A stretch of 30,924 bases of DNA from Macrostomum lignano (lineage: Eukaryota): the NCBI GenBank assembly GCA_002269645.1, contig NIVC01004935.1, positions 1-30,924 of the forward strand. Reading direction: 5' to 3'. The translations under genes were made by a program, and so were the position numbers. A model generated the notes under the pieces. That model made no database searches. It was not told where the DNA came from and worked only from the letters and a program-made list of their open reading frames with translations. This document shows positions 8,883-20,520 of the stretch, piece after piece (within the stretch, counting starts at the first letter, position 1; every line of letters begins with the position of its first letter).

Positions 8883-11760
8883 ATGTCAGTGTGTAACAGT
8901 AACAGTCACAGCTCAGTTACCAAGAATGGTTCGAGGGTAAACAACTGCTCTACTACGCTGAAAGTGGGGCATTTAAACTGTAACACGATTTCAAATAAGC
9001 TGCATGAGGTTATATGGTGGGTTCGAGACGAAAACATTGATATAGGCCTTTTTTCCGAGACGTGTCTGACCAAGGACAATAATTTCTTCATACAGGGATA
9101 CGCCATCCTGAGACTAGACGTTCCAGACTGCAGGCGCGGGCTTGCCATTGCTTACAAGAGTCATCTTATTATTGACGGGGTTAAAAAGTATTTTGATAGT
9201 CAAACTCATGAGTATATCAAGTTTTCAGTGCATCTCCCTGGCAACTCTTTCAGGAAGTTTGATATCACGCTGTTCTATAGGGCCCCCGGGCTCCCCGACT
9301 GTCTTAAGACGGATCTGCTTGAGCAGTGTCTATCCTCCCCATACTCCCTTCTGTTAGGAGATCTCAACTGCAGGCATGGGTTTCTTGGTGGTGATAGTGC
9401 TCAAAATTACCCTGGGAGGCAGCTTTTTGATTGGCTCGATTCGCATGCGGATCCCCCTGTCGTTCTCAACAAGTTCGGGGATTACACGCGGATCTATAAC
9501 CGCTCTGGTAAAAACCTAGGCAATGTGATTGACCTAGCTATGTGCACTAGCAGGCTTGCTCCCTTCTCCAGTGAGGTCTCCGTGGGTGAAGATCTAGACA
9601 GTGACCATCTTCCCATAGTTGTATCTCTGTCCATTGATCCCGCTTGCCACAAGGCAAAGCTCCCGCTCAAAAGCTTCGGGAAGACTGATTGGGAGTCCTT
9701 CAGATTCTCGCTACAGGACAAGCTTGACAACATCAGAATTCTAAAATCTGATATCTCTACCCCTGAAGAGATCGACCAAGTCGTGGACAATCTGTCTTCG
9801 GCTATCACTGACACCATCAATGAGGTGGTCCCTGACAGAGACCCTAGAGAGCAACTCCCACCGGACATAGTTAGAAAAATTAAGCACAGGAGGCATCTTA
9901 GAAAATGCTTCAAGAAGACTAGGGACGATACGTTCAGGATTCTTGCCAATCAGGCGGCCAAAGATATCAGAGTAGCTATCAAGAATCACAGATACAAAAA
10001 GTATGAAGATAGCCAAAAATAGTTATCGTCACGAACCACGTCGCTTCTGGGAAGACGTGAAAAAGATGACTGGCGAAGCCAAGAAAAGGATAATCTACCC
10101 TACACTGAAGCATAATGACGCCACTGCAGAAACAGAGGCTGAAAAAGCGAACCTTTTCAGATATTTTCTTGACTACCAAATGCAACCCAAGCCTAAGCCT
10201 GGGACTGAGTACTATAACAAAGTCATCAATGCTCGATCGCGAGAAATCTTCAAGCCCCATGAGGGGATCTTTCAGGCTCTGTCCTACTTTAGAGAAAACC
10301 AGGCTGTTGAGGGCAACAATCAAGAAGTGTCTGAGGCTGACCTTCTTGAGATCATAAACATAGATGTTACAATGGCTATAAGCAGTCTTCGGCTCGGGGG
10401 AGCCCCAGGCCCCGATAAGATCCCCAATGTCGTCCTCAAGAAGGGCCTGAGCCCCAACTCCATCAGGGTGCTTACTAAGCTGTTCAATACTTGCTCCCTG
10501 CTTGGGTACTTTCCCAAAGCCTGGAAAAAGGGAATCATAAAGATGATTCCCAAACCCGACAAACCCAAAGGTCAAATTGACAGCTACCGCCCCATCTGCC
10601 TAACTTCCTGCTTAGGAAAATTATATGAAAAAATACTCGCTAGAAACTTTCGAACCATTCTTGAAAACCGTAACATTATTAGTTCCGATCAATGTGCATA
10701 TCGCCAAGATCACTGCACCTTTGACAACATAGTCAGGATCACAGATGACGTTCTAAAAATGCTGCAGCTTGGGCAATACACCCTTGGTGTCTTTTTTGAT
10801 GTTAAGGGCGCCTTTGACGGCGTTTGGCATGACTCGCTACGCCTTGATCTTCTCGACAGTGATCTTCCTCACAGCCTCATGAGGTCCATTTCTAGCTACC
10901 TTGACGACAGAGAAGTGCTGGTCCAGGTTGGGGGGGGGGGGCTGAGTGAGAGCCTCAACCCGGCGGCAGGTGTTCCCCAGGGAGGTGTCCTCTCGCCGCT
11001 CCTCTTCCTGGTTTATGTCAACAAAATTCCGCTTCCTGCTGACAGAAAGGTTCGCATTAGTCAGTACGCAGATGACCTGGCCGTTTGGGCCAGCGCCAGA
11101 ACTTCATCACTTTCTGCTAAGCTGCTAAATGCCTACTTCAAGAAGCTCAAAATCTGGTTAGACGAGGTTGGGATAATTATCAACCCAAATAAGAGCAAAG
11201 CAATTTCTTTTTTCAAGCCCTTGGGCAATCACCGGACAGGACCTGATAGGCCCCCCTTGCTGCTTGGCAATCAGTCCATTCCTTACTATGACTCTGTGCG
11301 TTTTCTAGGAATTATCCTTGATAAACAGCTCACCTATAAACCTCATCTCATCAAGGTAATTAATTCTGCGCAGAACAAGCTCCTTGCGCTGCAGCGCCTT
11401 GCTAGTAATACCAAAATCTCCCAGCAGGGGCTTAGACTGATTTATAGGATGTATATTGAGAGCTGCATAATTTATGGCGCTCCAGTCTTGATACACCTCA
11501 AGGATGCTCAACTCAACAAGTTGCAGCTGCTACAGAACAAAGCGCTGAGAACGTCACTAGACGCTCCACTGTGCACTAAAATTAGTTACTTACACTACAT
11601 CACCAAAATGCCGATGATCAAAGAGCGCATTTGGAATCTAGCCAAGCGCTGGTACAGAAACACCGAGATGTCTGGAGTACACAACTTCGACCTAGACACC
11701 AAGAAATGGGATAGGAGAGGGTTCAGGATGCCTGCAGTGGCCCGTCTGAGAAATGTCTAA
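8883..11760 (+). pseudogene. ORF2 of copy 2: APE plus RT, single frameshift near 10005-10020, no RNase H
   Basis: ORFs 8883-10022 and 10003-11760. Motifs GHLNCN, LFSET, GDLN, SDHLP, DVKGAFDGVW, GVPQGGVLSP, QYADD (11065-11076). Ends KKWDRRGFRMPAVARLRNV* with no RNase H motifs. Confidence 0.95.
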
Positions 11761-12721
11761 TGTGGCACCCATGCTGTGCTTAGGTTCAACTGTGAGCAGT
11801 ATTGTCAAACAAGAGCAATTATTGAATAAAACCTAACAAACTCTTGATGTAATTGTAAAAAAAAATGAAATGTCAAATAAATCTGTGATAAAATTTTTTT
11901 TACACCAGAAAATATTCATGACAATACATGTATACAATTTTATTGTACAACTAACAATTATTTCATTTTATGCCAATATTCCAAATATTTAATGCCAATA
12001 TGCCAAATATTCAATATACAATAACACTGACGCAACTTTGCCTATACCCCTCGCCTCTTTGTGCTCTGCTTCATCTTCTGTCTCTCTCCCGACTTTGAAC
12101 TGTACATGTTTTAATCATCTCTACTGTTTTAATTTGTTTTTACATCTCCTCACAATTTCCTTTTTCGATTTGTTCTAATGCCTTCGTTCTCTTCATCTTC
12201 GATTCACCTTAGTCAGATTTGTTTTATTGCTTCGATTGCTACTTTATATATTATCTGATGCACTGTTTTATTTGTTTTATTTTATGCACTTTTTAACAAA
12301 ATATTGAAATCGAATGTCAATAAAAACTCGATAACCTACAAATACATTGTGCGTAAGAGCCGAAAAGGCTGCAGCGCCGGGCCTATTTAAGCCCAAATAC
12401 TCAACAATGAATGAATGAATGTTGTTTTCCTTTATTCCGTACCTGCTCAACTTGCTTGCTTAACACCGCCTGCTCTACATTGCCTGCTCTACATCTCCTG
12501 GTGCTCTCCGGCTCTACTGCAGCATCGCACTACGTGCAGGTCCTACATCGGTCTTTATCTGCAGCGGCGTCAGCGGCTACGCACTGCGTGCTGGTCCTAC
12601 TTCTTGGTGGCGGCGGCGGCTCGGTGGCTTGGCTCGGTGGCGGCGCCGTCGGCTCGTGCGAGACAGCGGCTTTTAGCGCCAGACTTAACGCTTTCAAAGA
12701 TGCTTGACTGCTTGACTGCTT

Positions 12722-14778
12722 GATCATCAAAGATGTCCTCCCGCAAGCCTTTCACCATCTAACTAATGGTAGACCAGAAAAAAAGAAAAATTGTCTGGTA
12801 CGGCCCGGCATACACCTATTCCGGTGGTAGTCTGGAAGCCAATGAGGCCTGGTACCCGGAGTTAACCAAGCTAGTTACCTGGCTCCACGTCGAACTTGGG
12901 CTACCACTGTTCAACTCCGGCCTAGTAAATTTTTACGAATCGGGGCATGTTAACATCCCCTGGCACGCTGATGACGAGACCGAACTTGGCCCCAATCCGA
13001 CAATAGCCTCTATTTCGCTGGGAGCTACAAGAGAATTAGCCATTAGATTAGATCCAAGCAGTCCAAAAACATTGTTTTTAAGCAACCTCTCGAGTCTGGC
13101 AGTTTGTTGGTAATGAGTGGTGCACTCAGAAATATTTTGAGCACAGCATCTACAAAGACCCTAAAGTAAAAGACATTCGCGTTAATCTCACCTTTCGAAT
13201 GACTTCTGAAAATCTGGTCTCCGAGTCTCCAGCGCCCTCGTTGAACCCTTGCGTTCGCCAGTCGCAGGATCTCATCACTCCCACTGATGATCAGCCAGTC
13301 ATCTCTTGCGACCTTGATGACCAAGACTCTATTCGTAGAAAAGCTGAAGAAGAGCGAGTCAACCTAGAGAAAATCAGAAGGGCTAGCCAATCCAGCATTA
13401 AATCCAGCGCCAACAATAGCCAGTCCAGGCAGACCAAATCTGCACCAGTCATCTTCGAAGTCGCCCTGGAAGGAAATGATCCAATATAGTTTGAGTGGCT
13501 GCTAAAGACTAATTTCCGTAACGTAAGAATCAAATCAGTTAAAGATCTGTGCCACTCACCTGGCTACATTGTCCATCCTGAGCATCCCAGGGACTTCAAT
13601 ACGCTCTTAACAGCTCCAATGAAAATCAGCTCAATTAATGACTTTGAAGTCACCAGGCGCACTGCTGCTAAGAGACCTGTCCACCAAGCTAATGACCAGC
13701 CGAGGGTTCGAGCCCCCCTCAAATCTCCGAACGTTCTCTCCTTCATTGTCCGTAACGTTCCGCTAGCGGTCGACGTAAGCGGTCTAGCCAAGCACCTAAA
13801 TGACTCTGACCAGCAACTCTCAATAGATGGAGCAGTTAGAATTATCTCCAAACAGACTGGCCAGCCGACTCCCTTCGTAAGGCTATTCACCAAGTGCCAA
13901 AGAGTAGTAGATAGCTGCATCCAACAGGGTATCTACCTAGGATTTGTGAAATATAGATGCGAAGAATCTAATAGTCTCCCGCCCGTCAGAGCTATCCAGT
14001 GCAAGCGGTGCTCAGGACTCGGTCACCATGAGGCGCGCTGCACAGCAAACTATAGGTGCAACAAATGCGCTGGCAATCATTTCTCAATGGATTGCCCCAA
14101 AGACCAAGTCTTCAAGTGTGCAAATTGCGGCGAAAACCATCCGGCATTCTCATTCAAATGCTCTAAAGTCCGAGAGGCTAACGAATTGGCAACCCGCAAA
14201 GAACATGACCGAATCCGAAAGCAACAACAACAGCTGAGAGCCCATAAGCCAGAAAACAGCCAGACCCTTGGGGAAACCTTCGGCGTCCCTGGGCCAATCT
14301 CCTACGCAGATGCCATGCGTCCGCAGCCGGTTCTCGGGCCAATAGCCTTCTCTAACCGAGCTGCCAAAGCTGCCGAAGCCCAACGAGCATCATTCCCCGC
14401 CTCATCTGCCAATGCTGCCGCCGCCGCCTCAGTCGCCTCAGCCAACCAGAATGCTCTGTCTGATGCAATCAACACATTTGAGCCGCCAACAACTGCTCCA
14501 GCCAATCCGGTCATGATGCATCCAGGAGTTGAATCAACTAACCAAATAGGACCAAGTGAGAGGGGCTTTTTCTCTCGGGAAGATGTGCTCGATGTAGTGT
14601 TACAGGCGCTCGACCGACTCATGAACATTGAACAAGGACGGATGTTCACATCCTGGGAGGCGGGGCAATCGTCTTCCGGGTGGTGTCTGAAGTCGTTAGG
14701 GTGTTCAGGTGTCAAAGAGGGCCTGTTGCTGAGTCAGGGGACACCAAAGTCGTGCAAGCGAACGGAGGTGAAACCTGA
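12722..14778 (+). pseudogene. ORF1 of copy 3: AlkB domain, short linker, triple zinc knuckle
   Basis: AFHHLTNGRPE-KRKIVWYG...IPWHADDE (His 12964)...SGSLLVMSGA-TQKYFEHSI (His 13142)...RVNLTFR. Several frameshifts and a stop at 13487-13489. Knuckles CKRCSGLGHHEARC, CNKCAGNHFSMDC, CANCGENHPAFSFKC. Ends GGET* like GDET* of copy 1. Confidence 0.9.
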
Positions 14779-14867
14779 ACTCTCTTTCTATAGTCTGCTT
14801 AGCTCTGCTCTATTAATTCAACTCTCCTCGTAATACTTCTACGACTAAGACTAAAAGTCACTCTGTT

Positions 14868-17206
14868 GTGCGGGACTCCCTCATTATTGGACACCTGAAC
14901 TGCAACGGGCTCAGCAACAAAATCTATGAGATAATCTCGTGGCTAAAAAATGAGGACTTAGACATAGGACTTTTCTCTGAAACTGGCTTAGTTGACACAA
15001 ACCCTTTCTTTGTCCAAGACTACGCCATCCTTAGATTTGATAAACCTCACTGTAGAAGAGGCCTCGCAGTTGCTTACAAAAATAATCTAAACATTATGAA
15101 TGTCAAAAAGTATTTTGATAACAGTAACCATGAGTTTATTAGCTTTGAGGTTTTCTTAAAGCATAATAGGCTAAACAAACTTAATATAGTCCTCTTCTAC
15201 AGGGCGCCTAACCCTACCAAGCTAAACTGCGACATTCTAAAAAATCTTTTCACAAATTCCTCCACTTTGGTTATAGGGGACTTCAACTGTAACCACTCTG
15301 CCCTAGGTGGAGACACAAATTACAATTACCCCGGCAGACAGCTCTTTGACTGGCTTGAAAACCACCCCAACCCCCTATTTTATTAAATAACTATGGTGAA
15401 TTCAGCAGAGTGTGTAATCGTGGCGGCTCCCACACCGCTAATGAGCTGGACTTGGGGCTTTGCTCCCCCAATCTTGGTCCTCACACTAGTGAGGTTCCCA
15501 TAGGTGATGACATGGATAGTGACACTTTCCCATCATCATAAAAGTTTACCTTGACCCAAACTGTAAAATTTCGAACCCCCCCCCTAAAAGCTTCTGGAGC
15601 ACTGATTGGGAAACCTTCAGGGCTGTTCTCCAGGACAAACTCAGTGATAAACTAATCAACTATCTCAGGTTGGCCACTCCAGCTGAATTAGATAGGGCTG
15701 TAGACCTGCTAACCCAGGGCTTGCACGACACGATTGAGGAGGTGATCCCAAACAGAGATCCCGCGGACAACTCCCCCAGACATAATAGCAAAAATTAAAC
15801 ACAGGAGGAAACTTAGAAAACTCTTTAGAAACACCCGGATTGACCATTTTATGATTCAGGCGAATCAAGCCGCTAAGGAGATCAGGCTCGCCATCCGTAT
15901 GCATAGATATAGGAAGTTTGAAAAGTTATGCAAAAAAATTTCCAAAACCAGCTACCGAAATGAACCAAAATTTTTTGGATTGATATAAAAAAATGACGGG
16001 GGAAGGTCCTAAACCGATCTCGTACCCCCCAATCGTTCTCAAGGATTCTGTTGCTGAAACTGAAGCTGAGAAAGCACAGGCCTTCAAGGAGTTCCTTGAG
16101 GCTCAGATGCGTCCCTGTCCAGACAGATCCTCCCAGCTCTATAAGAGAATTGAGGCCCAAAAAGATCATGAGATCTACAAACCCCATAACATCTTAGCTG
16201 CGTTAACCTATCATAAAGACCATGCCGATCCTGATAATCCAGACAAAAAAGACATTGAAGCTGATATTCTCAACATCATAGATCAGGATGTTCTTTGGGA
16301 GAGTAGGAAGCTCAGGGCAGGAGGGGCTCCCGGGCCTGACAAGATTCCGAACATTGTCCTCAAATTTGGCCTGAGTCCAGACTCCATCAGAGTCCTTGCA
16401 AAGATCTTTAATGCTAGCTTCCTCCTTGGATACTTCCCAAGCGATGGAAAATGGCTACTGTCAAAATGATACCCAAACCAAATAAACCTAAAAACCTCAT
16501 TGATAGCTATAGGCCTATCAGCCTTACCTCTTGTTTAGGCAAGCTTTATGAAAAAACTTAGCATGTCTGCTAAAATACTCAATGACTACTTTATCCGACT
16601 CAAAAGGTGGCTTGATGCCGTTGGCATTACTATTAATCCCTCTAAAAGTAAAGCAATCTCCTTCTTTAAGGCAAATGGCAACAAAACAGGCCCGGGTGAA
16701 CCCCTGATCAAACTCGGGAACAACATAATTAGTTATTATGACACTGTCACCTTTCTTGGAATGGTCCTAGACAAACAACTCAACTACAAATCTCATATTA
16801 ACAAGGTCGTTGGTTCTACCACAAATAAGGTTGCTGCGTTAGCCAGAATGGCAAAAAGAATCTCCCAGCACGGACTAGGACTGATCTACAGGTCTTTCAT
16901 TGAAAGTACCATCACTTACGGTGCTCCCATCCTTCTTAATCTTCCCGACTTCCAAGTCAACAGAATTCAGGTACTCTAAAACAAGGCTCTGCGCATCTCC
17001 CTTGATGCTCCGCCTTACATAAAAAACTCTTACATCCACTTGGTCACCAACATGCCCATGATCAAATATCGCTACTTAGCCTAGGGAAAAATGGTTCAAA
17101 AAGCGTTAGTGGTATTCACAAATTCAAAGATGACACCAAAGAATGGTTGAGACCCGGCTTTCGAGTCCCGGTCACAGCTGCGCTCAGGAAAAAACTTAAT
17201 GCCTAA
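14868..17206 (+). pseudogene. ORF2 of copy 3: APE plus RT with many frameshifts and an internal deletion of the RT core
   Basis: APE motifs GHLNCNG, LFSET, GDFN. After GKLYEK (~16555) it jumps to LSMSAKILNDYF, skipping KGAFD, PQG and YADD. C-terminus EWLRPGFRVPVTAALRKK aligns with copy 2. Confidence 0.9.
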
Positions 17207-18185
17207 TTTATAGCCAGATTCCTGGCTATAAAACAAATATTGTGCTTTTCAGTTGGAGTTTGGTCTGTCGACCCTCTTCCCTTTGTATAATTGCAATTTT
17301 TTGCCGTATGACGGAACGGCTCCCGAAGTTATCGCCTGCCTTCCAAGGGGTACTAGCATTGGCTAGGCTGCATAGCCCTCTCTATCCACAGCTCCCTCAG
17401 GCGGGGACGTTTTAAACCTGGAACCCCAAACCAGGTGGACCAAAAGGCCCTTAACTCTGACTGAGTGAGCTGTTATTCACCCCGTAGGGTCCAGTTAGCT
17501 ATTTATACGGACAAAGTTTGACTCGACTAGTTTGATTAGGATTTGACATTATATATTGATTATTCCTTGGAATAATTGATTAAAATATAGACACGAGCAC
17601 CTCTCTCCGGGAGAGAATCCAACCTTTACTGCAGGCGTATTCTAATTGATGACTAAGTATTAATCCAATGCAATTATTTTTGTATTCAAATTATTAAGAC
17701 ATCATATTTTTTAAAAATATTGCCAACTGTTTTACCTCATTTTTTCCAATATTGCTAAAAAACTTTTAATTTTGTCCAATATTGCTCAAATATTTTCTTT
17801 GTGTTTTATTCTTTGTTTTTAATCCTAAATTTATAAAAAAATGATCGTTTTAGTTTATTTCTCAAACTCTCAAATTCTTGTTTTACACTTGACCTCATCT
17901 TTTGTTCCTTTTTATACTAGTATTATTTGTTAATAGCTACCCCAAATATTTGTTTTATGTAAATACTCCTCGATTTTATTTTTTTCCTAAATTGGACGAC
18001 TATAACTTCTAATAATTCGAACATACGCGTAAAAATATAAAGTTGCGCAAGAGGCCTTCAAAGGGCTGAGGCGCAGGGCAACATTATATTAGCCCCTACT
18101 TATTAAAGTAAAAAAAGTAAAAGTTGTTTTCATTTATTAATTTTGGCTTTATTTTGTCAACACTTAGTACTAGCATCAATCTGCA

Positions 18186-20520
18186 ATGGAAGTAGAAGTC
18201 AATAGCAAAAGATGTGCCTCTAGAGACACTGACTCGCCGCCAGTCAGCACCAAGAAGGCCAACAACCGGTCCTCCTTCGGTCCAGACCAGAGGTCCTGTT
18301 CTGCGTCCTCCAGCAATGCGCCGACTTGTGTGCAACAGCAGACAGTGACTGAAGAACTTCATGTGGCCAGCGATGGTGAGAGCCAGCCTGTCAAGAGTAG
18401 TAAACTAGCAGACTTAGGAAAAGCAACTAAAATATTGATACTCAGTCTACCAGAACCAGACCTCACAGATGACAAAACTGGCCAGCCTTTAACTAACTGC
18501 AAAATTAGATATCTGCCAAATGCGCTCAAATCTTCTGAAGCCAAGCTAAATAAAATTTTAATGGAAGACATTTATCCAAACTCATTCCACCATCTAACCA
18601 AGGGCAAGCCTGAGGCCAGGAAAATAGTTTGGTATGGGCTTGAGTACACCTACGGGGGTACTAAGATTGAGTGCAACGACGCTTGGCACCCAGTCGTCAC
18701 TCACTTAGCCATTTGGCTTCACGTCGAGCTTAGATTGCCACTAGCTAATTCGTGCCTGATCAACTTTTATAAAGATGGATCGGTAGCCATCCCATGGCAC
18801 TCTGACAACGAACCAGAGTTAGGCCACGACCCGACCATTGTGTCGGTGTCGCTGGGAGCTCAGCGAGACTTCCAGCTTAGGACTAAGGGCCAGAGCCAGA
18901 ATATAGTCTACTCGCAGAGGCTTGCCAGTGGTAGCATCACGATAATGAGTGGGCTACGCAACGGTTCTTGCAACACTCAATCACAAAGGACCTCAAAGTT
19001 AAGGAACCTCGAATTAATTTAACATTCAGAGTCACTAGTGATAACAGAATCTTCGACTCACCAGCTTCTTAGCCTGGCAATCCTTGCATCCAGCTTCCTG
19101 AAGAGGCCATCACCTGCGACCTCGATGACGCAGAGTCTGTACGCCGTATGGCCAGGCAGGAGGCTGAAAACATTAGCAAAATTAGATCACGTTCCAGCAG
19201 TAACTCGAGGCGAAAAGCTAAATCCGACCAAACAGACCAAACTCAACCAGCCAATCAGCGGTCTCAAGCAACCACTCAGCAATCTAAACCTAACACTCAG
19301 CAGTCAGAATCTCAGAAGGTAGCTACTCAGCAGTCAAAGCCAAACACTCAGCAGCCAAACGCAGCCAATCAGCACACACAATCAGGCACTCAGCAACATT
19401 CGTCAAACACTCAGCAGAATCATGCAGCCAATCGGCACTCACAATCAGGCACGCAACAATCACTAGCAGCCACTCAGCCAGGCACTCAGCAGTCAAAATC
19501 AGTTACTCAGCAGTCACAACCAGTCACTCAGCAGTCACCACCAGGCTTACAGCAAACACAACGAGAGACGCAGCAGACACAATCAACCAACCAATAAACT
19601 AATTTTGCAAACCAGACTCGACAGCCAGCTACGGCTAGCACTGTGAATTCCGTGCAGTCAACTAAACCTAAGCATCCAGACACTCAGCAATCAAGCACCC
19701 ACACTCAGCAGCCTAATAGCTACCATCTGCCAGCAACTCAGCAATCAACCACTCGCACTCAGCAGCCAAGCACTCGCACTCAGCAGCCAAGCACTCACAC
19801 TCAGCAGCCACAAGCACGCACTCAGCAGTCAAACTCACAACAATCTAATAATTCTAAATTAACTAAAATTACGCCAGTTGTATTTGAGATGCCCTTTGAG
19901 GCCAAGAATCATATTAAATTAAAACATTAAAAAAAATTAACTTTCCTAACACTTGCATCGTGTCAGTAAAAGAGCTGTATCATAGCTCAAGATACTACGT
20001 ATTTACTAATTCTCCACACGACATGAACAACTTATTGACAACAACACTAAAAGTTAACGAAATTAATGGGCACACTGTCACTAGGCGCCTGCCTCAGGCC
20101 AACCGACACCTCTCATCAGGATGTTTACAAAGTCAAGGGCAACTTACGACACCTGCCTGGAGAACGGCATAAAGCTTGGGCACTGAAATTCCGGTGCGAA
20201 GAACCGCACAACCTTCCACCGGTCAAGGAGATTCAGTGCCACAGGTGTCAAGGCCTTGGACACACCGAAAGCAGGTGCAACGCCGGTTTTGTGTGCAACG
20301 TGTGCCGGGACGCACTATTCCGGCGACTGCCCCAAAGATACGGGCTTTAAGTGCGCTAATTGTGGGGGTGAAAACCCGGCGTTCTCCTTCAAATGCCCAA
20401 AGGTTCAGCATGCAAATGAGAGGCGACTGAAAAAGAGCATCATAGGATTCAAGCTTTAAGACTTAAATTCGAACAGACAAGAAAATTAGAACCTACTCAA
20501 ACACTAGCTGATGTAGTGAG
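18186..20520 (+). pseudogene. ORF1 of copy 4 with AlkB domain
   Basis: N-terminus MEVEVNSKRCASRDTDSPPVSTKK matches copy 1. IPWHSDNE (His 18798), frameshift near 18952, then ATQRFLQHSI (His 18974)...RINLTFR (19010-19030). Stops at 19070 and 19595. Knuckles CHRCQGLGHTESRC, CNVC-GTHYSGDC, CANCGGENPAFSFKC. Confidence 0.9.
19260..19845 (+). repeat. Degenerate coding repeat of ACTCAGCA(G) encoding TQQ units
   Basis: Many copies of cactcagcag/cactcagcaa; translation is dominated by TQQS/TQQP. Confidence 0.85.

Larger units (their letters stand above)
8110..11865 (+). mobile_element. Non-LTR retrotransposon copy 2, 5'-truncated inside the third ORF1 zinc knuckle; nearly complete ORF2 and short 3' UTR
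   Basis: Begins ANCSGEHTSYSHKC at 8110. ORF2 spans 8883-11760. AATAAA at 11825-11830 and an A9 run at 11857-11865 may mark the 3' end. Confidence 0.88.
12350..17206 (+). mobile_element. Non-LTR retrotransposon copy 3 with AlkB-bearing ORF1; decayed, RT core deleted
   Basis: Leader similar to copy 1, ORF1 ~12722-14778, ORF2 ~14868-17206. The 5' boundary is approximate. Confidence 0.9.
18044..20520 (+). mobile_element. Non-LTR retrotransposon copy 4: ORF1 only (AlkB, long Q/T/S linker, knuckles); ORF2 absent
   Basis: ORF1 homology from 18186 to about 20520, then an abrupt switch to Gypsy-associated sequence. Confidence 0.88.

Noticed and set aside
9494-10575. Minus-strand ORFs over copy 2 ORF2
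   Set aside because: Shadows of the sense RT frame; no independent evidence.
11866-12350. Remainder of copy 1 after copy 2 (nested insertion model)
   Set aside because: No ORF2 C-terminal sequence (e.g. LQNKALR-like) or TSD is visible there; it is AT-rich non-coding DNA.
13487-13489. Programmed readthrough at in-frame stops (13487, 19070, 19595, 24434)
   Set aside because: Homologous copies or motifs imply sense codons at these positions and the stops are not shared; ordinary nonsense mutations are the simpler explanation.
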